This document shows positions 1 through 12,040 of a stretch of DNA of 64,000 nt, in pieces (the first letter of the stretch is position 1; each line of letters starts with the position of its first letter). The position numbers and the translations under genes were made by a program. Origin of the DNA: Dimorphilus gyrociliatus (Eukaryota > Animalia > Annelida); the NCBI GenBank assembly GCA_904063045.1, contig CAJFCJ010000008.1, positions 124,001 to 188,000 on the forward strand, in the 5' to 3' direction. The notes beneath the pieces were generated by a model. It was not told the DNA's origin. It was given only the letters and a program-made list of their open reading frames with translations, and ran no database searches.

Positions 1-2402
1 CCCGATTCTATCTTTTGCCATAGGCAGTACTTATCTAGCGTCCGATAGTTACAGGCCGATTTACGGCAGGCGGATAATGTCCGAATTTGGACGCCTTTCG
101 TCCGGATCCTTTTCGAGCATACGAAATGTTTAGTTTCGGTGTTCTGCAGTAAGTAGGGGTAAAAATTCAATTTGCATGGGGACGGTTCCGAGTAAAATAA
201 TTCGTATAGATGAAATTGGGTAAAATTATTCCATCTCGGCATATTGGCAAATATTCTATTTTTCCGTTTTGTTTGTTTTGATTGAACCATATAGCCGTCG
301 GCCGTCGTTAGTCGGACTAGTTTAACAGAGTAGAAGCTATCGTCTCCTAAACCGAGCGTTTCGTTCTGTTTAATTAACAAATATAATCGATTAATAAAAG
401 AAAAGGTAAAAAGACTTAAATTGAGCACAAATAGTGAACAATGTAAAGAAAGGAAAAGAGGATGTCACGAAACCTCTATTAATCATTTCTGTTATTTCTT
501 ATTTTCTTTTTTACGCCTAACTGGATTAATGACGTAAAATTCATATTACTGTACTTTCTAATAAAATTCATTGATAACACATCTTGTTTTTTTGCTGATA
601 AAATAAAAAAAAACGATATCGTTGTTCAAAATAAAAAAAATAAAGAAATAAAGAAATTCGTGTTCATCTTTTTCTATTTGTAAAGGGGGCGTCAGAGGAG
701 TTGTAGTTTAATCGCTTTCTTTTCTCTCGTTAAGATCTCCTTTATATTCAACAATTAATTGGATATTTTTCGCTATGAAGTAGAATGTGGAGAGATAGAG
801 AGAGGACGAAAGAATGAATGAAGGCATAGAGAAAATTTTTTTCATGAAAGAAAGAAACTCCTTGGCCCATTTACTTTTTTTCATTTTTTTCATTCATTCA
901 TTCAATCTATCTATCTTTTTCTTTCTCTCAATCTCTACTTTTTTCTCAAAACATTTTCAAATGTCTCAGAATGAACTGGCTATCAATCATAGGCCGATGA
1001 GGTCATTAGAATTAAGTAAGCACTTGGAATTCTTTTCTATTTCTAATCGTTCTTTGCTGCTCGCTGTATAGCAAATAGAACTTGATACAGTTAATCAATC
1101 AATTAGCAGGCAAAGAAAAGCGACGGGGATCACTTCTAGCTTTCTTTTGTTATAGCATGTTTGTTGTCCTTTCTCAAGTTCCTACTCAATAAGCGTTTAA
1201 TAGACGTTAAAAGAATAACATTCAATAGTCTATTCATACTTTTCTAAGGTAAAAGATTTCTAACTTTTTGAATTATGTTCCCAATTAGATTAAAGGGAAA
1301 AAAATGGGCGGGAAGGGTATGTAAGGACGAAGGGGGAGGGGGAGAGGATATATAATAGAATTCTTCCTTTTATTAATTTCACTATTTCTTTATGATTCAT
1401 AATAATTAGATTGTCAAGATAAAAAGTTATCTTTTATATTCTAATGATGACTTGATTATTCATTTTAGAACTTTGAAAAGGCCCCTTTCGTCCTCTTATA
1501 GATTTCAAATTTACTGGAATTTAATTAAAATAGACGGTATGAAATATGCATATTAACATAATTTATTTATATTATTATTAAAAAACTGACGTCTCCCTCG
1601 TAATTAATGGATTTTTAAGAATTATTTGTCGCTTTCTTTTTGTCCACTTCTTCTTGAGTATAAACAAATTCTATCCTTGAATTTAACAAATGGATTGACT
1701 TTGAAAGACCTATGTCAACTTTTTACTGCCATCAGTCGATTATGTAATTCCCAATTGTAAATTATTCCCTACCTTACTATAAATGATGTAATAGAGGGGA
1801 ATTTCGCCTACTAATTAGTCGTTTTACGAGGCAAAAACGAGAATGAATGATATACGAATAGCACGTGCAATTTTGAAAGTTCGCGTGACATTTTTCCGAT
1901 TCTTTTTCAGTTTCGAACGTGACCAAAATATCACGCGGGAAAAATCATTCACGCACGAAAGTTATAATAAAGTTCTATATATTAATTAAATAAATACAGA
2001 ATATATACAGTATATATACACTTATAAATTGAACAAAACACTATTTTCTATTGAAAATTTCGATATTTATACTTACAATTTTCTTAAATAAATAACAATT
2101 AATAGAGTAATTCCTTTAACGTTCATACTTTCTTACTAAAGCCTGTTTTTATACGCCTTAACGGAGTTGTCACAGGATCGAAAAACTCTTAAGCCTATGT
2201 TTGTAATCTTTACACGCCTTTTTTATTCCTAAACTTTTTCCATTTGAAAACCAGATTATTGTTAAGACATTTTGATTGATTGAGTTATAAAATTTCATTT
2301 TGTACAACAACACTTACTTTTTATCAACAAATTTATAAAAAGAATGTTCCGTGGATAACTTTTTAAAAACTTTTTTCTATACTCTTTTCCTTATCCTCTT
2401 CC

Positions 2403-2435
2403 CTCTTTCTCTCTCTCTCTTTCTCTCTCTCTCTC
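2403..2435. repeat. (CT)n microsatellite, imperfect
   Basis: Read directly from the sequence. Confidence 0.9.
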
Positions 2436-2633
2436 GCTTTCTAATTTTTACCTTTTCTTTTTTTTTTACTTTTACACATATACTATTTTATAGTTAATCA
2501 GTAAAGTAAGACTACTTTCTAATTTTAAATGATAACACATTACGAGCTTAGTGACAAACGTCCTATAATTAGTTAGTTACAAGTGCACAAATTGATGTTA
2601 TATCAATAGTTTTCTTTAATAAATGAAACTTAC

Positions 2634-3379
2634 CGTTACAGATGAGCTTCGAGACAGTTCAATGATTAGGAGAAAAATAGCTAACGAAATGGCCAGATTT
2701 TTCGACGTAATTAACGATCTGCGAAAGGAATGAAAACATGAAATTTTTACGTCTCCTTTGTTAAAAATATATTGCTTAAGAATATTTAATATAAATTATT
2801 AAGATATTTATATTTTCCTGTTTTATTTCGCTAAATTAACTCTGACATATAAAAGCCGCGCCTCTTTAAGACCACAATAGACGAACGTTCGGAATATCTT
2901 GTTTATATATACAAGTTCCTTTTTTTATTATTTTTTTCAACAACTTTAAAATAATAAAAAAAAGAAAATACAAAGGAAAAAGAAAGACAATAATTAGGAG
3001 AAGTTATTATCAAATAAGACAATTTTTACTTGGCCTAGTTTGTTACAGAAAAAGGTAGTTTGATAAAAGAGAAGAAACTGCGACGAAGAATGACATTTGC
3101 CGAAAAAAACAGAAAAAAAGTAAAAATGGCGAATGAAAGAAGGTAAGAAAAAGTTAAAAATAGGAAGGGGAAAAAAAAGCAAGCGTGTTTGTATGTATGG
3201 GAGAGAGTTAAAGGAGAAAAGAGTAAATTTTCGAGCTTTTAAAGCCAAGTCATGCGTCAGGAAAAAGTGGATTTGTTTATACGCGTTAAACTCGCTGATA
3301 TGTTGTGCAAAAAATATTGCTTTTTCTCTCAGTAATATTCAATTTATCGAAATTTTATTCACCTGAATCGGTGGTCCAT
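2634..3379 (-). CDS. 5' coding part of a secreted or membrane protein (signal-peptide exons); the rest apparently lies left of the window
   Basis: Exon 3363-3417 (ttcccattcAG...ATTCAG|GTGAAT) contains an ATG at 3379. Spliced to exon 2634-2718 (ttcctttcgcAG...GTAACG|GTAAGT) it gives MDHRFRSLITSKNLAISLAIFLLIIELSRSSSVT, with a basic N-region, hydrophobic core and small-residue C-region. I found no further exon in 1-2633. Confidence 0.55.
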
Positions 3380-4337
3380 CGAAGTTGAACCGATTCATCG
3401 CCGTCTGTGCTAGATTACTGAATGGGAAGTGAAAAGGCGTAGTAATAAAATTTTGAACGTTAATTACTTAAGTACACACTCGGATTTTGATAAAGTCGGC
3501 TCGATTTTCATAGTATTAATCCTCGAGCTTATCTCGGACGTTTTTCTTGACGGTGTTTTCTAAAGATTTATAAAATAGGCCCGATGAAGTATTCCTTTTG
3601 CGTCACGTGACAACGCGATTTGTCGTTTATGGTTTTAACGTCGTCAAGTTGATTTTCCGTTACAGTATTGGTTATGTAAATTGACCTATTTCTAGATAAA
3701 AATTTTCTAATAGCCTATGTTATGCATGTTATCAGGTTACGATTGTCACGTGATAGTAACTTGTCATACAGGTATTTTTTTTGACACCATGTTGTCGTCA
3801 AATACAGTTGTAGGGCTTTAGACATCTTAGCCTTGATTTTATCGAACTATAGTGTTTTACAATACTTATTTATATTGTTCCAAGTTGTTTTGACAATATA
3901 GAGAGATGAGCACTAGAGAGACATTAGAAAGACGAGAAAAAAAGGACAAGGCTAATTGATTTGCTATAGATACGTAAAAGACTTATTACACAAGTTACAC
4001 AAGTAATACAAGTTAAATAGTATTGAATAGGTTTTGTTCAGCTTTTGACTAAATTATTTTAAGTAAAAACATTAATAAATACTCAAATTCTCATTAATTC
4101 TAGTTTCGGTTTTAGTACGGTAAATAAAAGTTTTGATTATTTTTTGTATTTAGAATGAAGTACATTCCAACTTAGCTCCTAAGCCTTTGTATGAAGAGTA
4201 CAAATTATTTTCATTCATAAATTAGGCATAGGAATTTCTAATGCAATGTTAGTACAAAATGATAAAAAGTTAGAGCAAATAGAGATTTACAGACTCGGGG
4301 ACAAACAACACAGAAATAGAAAAGAGGTAATGAAATG

Positions 4338-4340
<3 letters not shown>

Positions 4341-4368
<28 letters not shown>
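4341..4368. repeat. (AT)14 microsatellite
   Basis: Read directly from the sequence. Confidence 0.95.
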
Positions 4369-4373
<5 letters not shown>

Positions 4374-5794
4374 CTGTACACACGAGAAGACATAGGTTAA
4401 AAGAGCGATGCTTATTCTGTCCTCAAAAGGTTAAAATAGAAAAAAAAGATAGAATAGATAAAACTATACAGGGAAATCTTTCACTCCAAGAACCCTGGAT
4501 GTTTGGAGAGTTATTAGCAATTTCGATTGAAAAATTCGTGGACGAGTAACTAAACTATAGGCCAATATCAGAAATCTAACTGGCCTTGATTCTAGAAAAA
4601 TAGGCGACGAATGTAAAGAGTAAAAGTTTGCGTATAATATCGATCGATCGTGTTCTTAAAAAAAAAATTAAGGGCAGCAAAAATTATAATTTAGATATCT
4701 TGTGGATGACTCACTTCCTAGTAATGGCATTTTAATACTTCTAAAACACTAAACCTGCCCTGCGACATATTTTCAATATGGCCTAACATTTACGCGGATT
4801 AACTTATATATATATATAATTATTAATAAAATAGCGATTGAATCTTTCAGGGAGCAATTTTTGGTGACATTGCATAAACAACTCCTAAAAGGTATAGTAT
4901 AAAGATAAGAATAGAAAAAGGAAGTACGAAGATTTTTCACACGTAAAGCTATTATTTAATTAATTCTAATTTTTGTTAATTTACGTAAGTTTATGTCAAT
5001 ATTTTCTAATATTTCTTATTATGTGTAATGTATTGTACATAGTGAACATATTATATATATATATATATATAAGTATATACCTACACGTTTATGTATAAGT
5101 TAATTCAAGCAAATATCAATGTAGAACTACAATATATATTTTTATAATTTGAATACTTATTTATGAATCTAATATTTACTTTAAAGCTCTTAATTTTAAG
5201 TATATACTTTAATATTTACGGTATGTATAGAACATGAATAAATTACATAGCTATAATCGTCAAAGCATGCATGCTTATAAACATTTCGATTTCTTATTAA
5301 TCTTTGCGATTATAGATATATAACTATAAACTTGTACAAATTTCATACCATGACGGTGCATAATGTTATGAGAATAAAATATATAATATATTTACGAATA
5401 TACAAATATATATATATACGAGATATATAGAATTATTTATATATTTATTTATCTAGCTCTCTATCTGTCTATCTATCAGTTCGTCTTATATGTACAAATA
5501 TAGTTGAATATTATATATAAATGTATTTAGCAGAATAAAAGATTATACATCTCCGAAGTTCAGCTTTGCTTTTATATTTGTATACTCAAACAGACGTAAA
5601 TAGATTTTTATACAACTTCTGAATTTATATATATATATAGACGTATATATATATATATATTATAGATATAGATATATATCTATATCTATATAATCTTCAA
5701 GTATAATTACATATATGTATGGAGATGTACCGTATGTCATACATTTCATAGTATACAGGCAAAAATAAGTGTTAATAGAAATAAAAAAACTTAC

Positions 5795-5920
5795 CGCCGT
5801 TTAGTATCAAACGACAAACAACATCCCATAACATCACATAGTAATTTCGATCAGATTTCAAGCTGATCATGTCCATGACGCGCTCGGCGTTCGAGTAGTG
5901 AAGTTGCCTATAAAAATCCA
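5795..5920 (-). other. Probable first (5' UTR) exon of the left-end minus-strand gene
   Basis: Strong donor GGCG|GTAAGT at 5795/5794 in a GC-elevated patch directly below promoter motifs. The upper boundary is approximate. Confidence 0.45.
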
Positions 5921-5932
5921 ATCTGAACTCTA

Positions 5933-5960
5933 TGCGCATGCGTTCTGCTATTAGCCAATC
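5933..5960. promoter_or_regulatory. Promoter elements: NRF1/Ewg-like TGCGCATGCG and NF-Y-type AGCCAATCA box
   Basis: TGCGCATGCG at 5933-5942 and CCAAT at 5955-5959, just upstream of the putative first exon of the minus-strand gene. Confidence 0.5.
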
Positions 5961-6564
5961 AACTGCGCCTTTCCGAAAATGTTAAGAATTTCCTTTACAG
6001 GACGTACGCTGCTATCTGTATAGCCTATCCGTTACGTTTCTCATAGTATTTACTCCCAATTCGTTTTGCATTCAAACTTTTATTATGACTCTTTTTAGTT
6101 TATGTTTCTTATTAACTGTTTCTAGTCTTCCTGTAGAATGTAAAACGAACTTTGTGACGATGACCTTATCTAATCGATTCGATGCACTCGAAAATCGTCC
6201 ATCTAGAAAATTGTTGATAAAACGGAGTTACACGATTCTTTCTTCTAAGACACAATTTCCTTCCCACATTCCTAAATTTTGTTTACAATTAACAATAGGC
6301 CTACTTACGTCTCGATTTCGTATAATTAAAGCTTAAATATAACAAGCGAATAGAAGGTGGCCGATTACGTCTTATTTCTATAGGAAATATTTTCATATCG
6401 CGAAAGATTCCCCTCATTTTCCGGTACTTCTAAAATACTTAAAAATCTTTCAAGAGTTTCATTCAGATTGCACTTATTTTAAAGTTTAAAAGCTTTTATT
6501 TTCTTCAAGTTTTCGTTAAGGCCAGCAAAAGCATAAAGGTTTAAGAAAGGGAAGGGTGAAGAGG

Positions 6565-6610
6565 GAGAGAGAGAGAGAGAGAGAGACAGAGAGGGATAGA
6601 CAGAGAGAGG
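6565..6610. repeat. (GA)n microsatellite with degenerate extension
   Basis: Read directly from the sequence. Confidence 0.9.
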
Positions 6611-9600
6611 GGGGTGGAAATATGGATGATTTTAATAAAAATTTAAGGCCATAAAACAAATTTCCCCCAATATTGTATTACAGTTTTCGTGGATTTGACA
6701 AAGACTAAGTGTCATTTATTGTCGTAAAAATCTATTAGATCTGTCATCTCGTACTGAATATTGGCTAATAACAACCTCTCGTGTCGTTTTCTTTGCATAG
6801 ATGAAAAGTAAATAAATAAGAAATCGACTTATCAGAGGCATTTCTCTTTTGGTTTATGCAAAACACAATCAATTATTACGTTCGTTCCATAATAAGAGGA
6901 CAAGAGGGGAGGGCTGAAAGGGATATACTGTATATATATATATATATACAGTATATAAAGAGAGACAAATGAAAACAATATAACTTTACAAAAAAAAACT
7001 AAAGAATAAAGAGGCGGGGCACAGTAATTTGAAGACTTTTTTCTTAAATTTTAATTAGGCCTAAAGGGAGCGTTAGTTACAAATTTACATTAAGCCAAAG
7101 TAGAATCACTTACAACTACTATACACTTGTATTAACACGTAAGAAGACTATTGACTCCTTCAAGTTCAATTCTCGTACAAGTCGTTAATTTTTCGCTTCT
7201 GAATACTATATCAAACCATTTTAATGGATTATAATAGATTATCTTAATAAAAAGATTAGACACCTTTTTTCAGAATTCATTCTTTAATCATTTTTTTGTT
7301 TGAATGAGTAAGATACTATAAATAAAACAAGAAAGCATTACATTTTCTGTGTAATAAACAAGAATTTTTTGGTTAGTAACGTTAAATTGCTTAATAAGTC
7401 TAATAATATAAATTCAAGCCCCTCCCTAAACTATATACTTTGTATATAATATATATACAGTATATATATTAGTATATATATATATACTTTCTATACAGTG
7501 ATAAAATATTGTATATAATTCATATGCATTTAATATATACCGCTTTTCATACTACTTTGGCTAATTAAAAACGAAGTCGACCGATAATAAACATTACTTA
7601 TCGACATTCGTTGATCTTCTTATCGTTTGAGTAGTATGAACTTTGTTAGGAAATTTTCTATTGTGGTTATGCCGTAAAAAAAACCGTCACAATAAGCGTA
7701 GTTTAATAGTACTCGACGTTATTCTGCGGTTGGACCACCAATGAACGAGCTTTGTATTATATATTTTATTTATTTTTTATTTTATTATTATGATTTCTTA
7801 ATACAAAGGATTGTACGTATAGGCGTTTCAAGTTGAAAGGAGGGGGAGGGAGGGGAAGGTTGAAGGGAGCGAGCGAGGGAGTTTAACTATTTTATGGGGT
7901 TGACAAAAAAAAAAAGGATTTAGGAAACGAAGAGGCTTTGTCTCGTCAATGTATGAATCACTTGACCACTCCCGAGAAAAACAATTAGTAAACAATCTCT
8001 AGGCCTTTTTTACCCTACCTTTATGTTTTGAATTTCCATAAGTCTTATTGATAAATCATTTAGACGAAAAATAGAGGGATAGGAGAGTTAGTAATGCTAT
8101 ATTGTTAAAATAGGGATCCTCTAAAGCTAACAGATAGTTTGTATAAGTTGTATAAAGATGTTGAAAATTTTCTGCTGCGTAGATACTTTTTTGTAACTTT
8201 AGATTTACTTTGTTCATTATCCTTTTTTTTTTCATTCATCGATTACTTCTCTTTCTTATCTTTCTCCTTTCTATTATTTTTTGAAAATACTTCTTTGAAA
8301 AGTAATGAATGAATAAGTTAATAGATAAACAAAATGTGTTTTTTTCAACATACTTCAAATTCTTTTTATACATTCTTCCATAAAATCTTTTATCTCTTGA
8401 TTTCTATTTTATTATAGTGTTTTGATATTGTTTAACGTTTTTTTTTAAAAAAAAAAGTCTTTTAACTAGATAGAGGAGGGAAAAAAATAGTCATAATAAA
8501 AATGAATAAATGTAATAATAATAAAATGGTACAAGTTTAATTTATGATAATTGTTTGATTGTTGAATTTATACATAGAATATAAGCAAAGTATATACAAT
8601 GTTTCTTTTATAAGCTTTTATCTCTTTATCATTTCTATTAAATAAAGTGGTTCTTATGAGACTTTGATTAGATTTTTTTTTCTTTATTTCTTCTTATATT
8701 TCAATAGTTGAAACCCTAAGTGTCTTCGCTCTTCTGGACCCACCACGCTTTAGGCAATTTCAAACTAATAAAAATCGTTCTTGTAAATGCTTATGAAAAC
8801 AAAACTAGTTATCTTAAGTGATTTATAATCTTTGATCGGAAGTGAAAAATCATCTATTTCTTATTCATTTGACTGGAAAGAGATATTCGCAGAATTATTT
8901 GTCTTTTATTGAAAAGGTTAACGCCTACGAACTATTTATCTATTTCTGGACGCTCTTTACTATATTCGCTTTGATCTTTTGTTTATTTTACGTGGGAGAT
9001 GCTTCCTTATAGAGGACAGTAAGTGCTTCTACTTTGTTTCTTGTTTCAAGTTTAGCACTACGATGTCTGTGATAAATGAAAAAGTGCAAGGTATGCTATA
9101 TACTTTTTACAATCTACCCCCGGAAGGTTTGTTTTAAAGTTAGATTTATAGAATATGAGTGGGTCCTTTGTGGTTTATGTTGGCGATAATTCTTTTGCTA
9201 CGAGCACGAGAAAATAATAAATTCGTGATATAACAAGGGTGAAGTGTAAATAGCGTAACTTTACAGCTAATTATGACGAATATATTGTTCTCTTTGCCCC
9301 ACCTGAGAAGAACTGGAAGTGATTCACTACTCTGCTATTTATTCTAAAATAGACAGGAAAGTGACTTCTTAATAAACTGATTGATATCGATATTTTATTA
9401 CTCCTATTGGGTGGAATTTCTTTGTTGATTTCCTTCCGACGTGACGTTACTAAACTAAAGAGAAAAATTAACGGATATTAATGTATATTCTACTTTTCTT
9501 CTTTTAGCTTGAAAATATTACTAAAATAGCAAAATGGTAAAAGAGAAAGAATTGATACAAATACTACGTCATTTTCCCCTGAAATAAACCTATATTCACT

Positions 9601-11776
9601 TAAAACAAACAATTACAAATACATAATAAATATATAATAAAATTAATCCACTTTTATTCTCTTATCAGCTTTAAATGAATTAAAAATTAAATCAATAAAT
9701 AAAAAAAACATACGAAGATAAATCTGGATTATTTTTTTACTTTCAAAAGTAAAAAGTAGAACTTTAACGTCTAGTTATTTATTGTTTATATATATAAAAA
9801 AAACTAACTTATTTAAGCAATCTTAATTGTTTAAAGAGATGATAATATTTTTTTTACTTCAATAGATAAAGACAATGTAAAATAAAGTAAACAGAAATAT
9901 TGCGGTAGTTCAACGATTACAAAGAAAGTTGAAAAAATGGAGAGAAATAGCATTATATCACTTTTTATCTCTTTTTTTTGTTTTTATTCAACATTAGACC
10001 TATTTTACATATATATTATATACAGTATATACTGTTTAAATGTATATAAACATATATTTTTACTATTATATGAATGACTTTTTCTTTAAATGTCAATGAT
10101 ACAAGTAATATGAATAGAAAATATATTAAAGAAAGAAAATTTTCATAGTCATATTAGACAGCTTATGGACGAAAGTAAATAGTTCTTGAAAGGAGGGATA
10201 ACCACTTGATTCTGAAAGGACAAGGTTATTTTAAAAAGTTTTTTGAGAAGGAAGAAGAATTTTAATTGCGTTTTATAATTAAATGAATTTAATCGTTTCG
10301 TTGTGGCTAAACATTTAAGAGTCAATGTCCTGTTGTAAGTGATTCATTGTCTGCGCTATTTAATTGACACTTTGTGATATAACGTTTTAAAGTCGGTTGA
10401 AAAATTTTTTTCTCTTTTCAGCACTAAATGGTAAATACTTCTTTACAATTGGACACAAAAGGAACGTTCTCAAAAGTTCACACTATGTTCAGCTCGGGAA
10501 ATGAATCGACTGGTCTACGTCATTTTCACGTGGTCATATTATAATTAGATTTATGTCTTTCCTATTATAATCAAACGAATCGTGATATTAGATACTATTA
10601 GGTAGCTTTTGGCGTGTGGGCGCTTGTATACTCCTATAATTACTTAAAATACATTCTAATTTTTAACACCAAATTGTTCTTCTTTCATTGTATAGTTTGC
10701 GCCGTTCCTCTTTCATTTTCTCTCTTTCTTTGCCCATCCTTTTCTATTGAGTTCAGAAATATGTTAAAAGCTAGTAGTATACTATCAAATTCCACCTTTA
10801 CACCTCCTTTTATACTAATCCGATTAGATGAAGGTGAATAATCGTCAAGATATAAGGTTGTTGGGTGGAATATAGGTGCAATTCTACTAAAAAAAGAAGT
10901 GTAATACCGTCGAAAGGTTAAAGCTAATAACTTTGATTCAGGTGGAAATAAATATAACCAATAACTCTCAGCGGAAGTCTCAAAAGAACCTTTAATAGAA
11001 GAGCTTTAAGTATCGTAGTTCCAAGAAGAGATTCTTTACTGATATCTATTTAAGTACTTTTCTATATTTGTCGGTAAACTTTAAACTTCTTCCAAAAGGA
11101 AATTTCTTTAAATTCCATCCCAATATTCCGTAAGATGTCGCTAAAAATATCAACAAATTGACCCGATAATATGGAAAAAAAACCCCCAAGGTTAAACGAA
11201 AGAGTAATCAATCCATCAAAAATATCTTATTAAAGATTCCAATTCTTTACTTGACAAGATAATAAAATTGGAACAAACTATCTTTGAAAGTATTTCAATT
11301 AGTTGAACTATGAAAAAAAAGAAAAAACCGAAAGTGAAACCTAGATAGATAGATATCTAATCAATTGAAAACATTTAAACTCCATTGTTATATCAATTTA
11401 TCTAATTATCTTATTAATTTTTTTTTAAAGAAACAAAAGATAGAAATCAAAATAAACAGAAAATGTTGTTTATTTTATGAAATAATTGAAATATTTTAAA
11501 TATAAATTATTTATTAGGAATGTTACTTTTTTATTATTAAAAGATAAAGTTTCTTCCATTCCTCCAACTTCTCCTCCTACTCCCTCTTTCTTCTTTCTCT
11601 TTTCTACTTATAACAAAAAGGTTTAGCAATCAGAAATAAACAAATACCATATTGTAATGTTTATTTCTATACTTTACAGTATATTGTATTTCAAAACATT
11701 TGAAGTCCGGTCTTTGTCGAGCTTTCAACTTTATAAACAAACAGAATTATAGTAGCGAATTTAATCAATTTTAATC

Positions 11777-11798
11777 TATATATATATATATATATATA
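11777..11798. repeat. (TA)11 microsatellite
   Basis: Read directly from the sequence. Confidence 0.95.
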
Positions 11799-12040
11799 TG
11801 TTTAATATACAGTAGTTTTAACAAATTTTGAAATACAATCAAGTTTATTTGAAGTGAATAAAAAAGAAAAGTTTAATTGAATAAAAAGTGGTATAAAAAA
11901 CAAAGAAAATTGATTTTTATATAGTAATTATTACTATATTAAATAGTTCAAAGTAACAAGATATACGTATATGTATAAACATATAAAAAGTAATTTATAT
12001 ATATACTAATATTAGTATATAAAGTTATAGATATAGTCAA

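Noticed and set aside
8708-9322. Possible + strand multi-exon gene (several GT/AG-like sites; last segment ANYDEYIVLFAPPEKNWK*)
   Set aside because: I could not build a stop-free, phase-consistent model. It could be a decayed pseudogene, but I cannot support that.
10680-11307. Minus-strand coding-like stretch (about 107 open codons at the 3' end, good acceptor near 11308)
   Set aside because: Overlapping partial frames are interrupted by stops, with no recognisable domain and no start.
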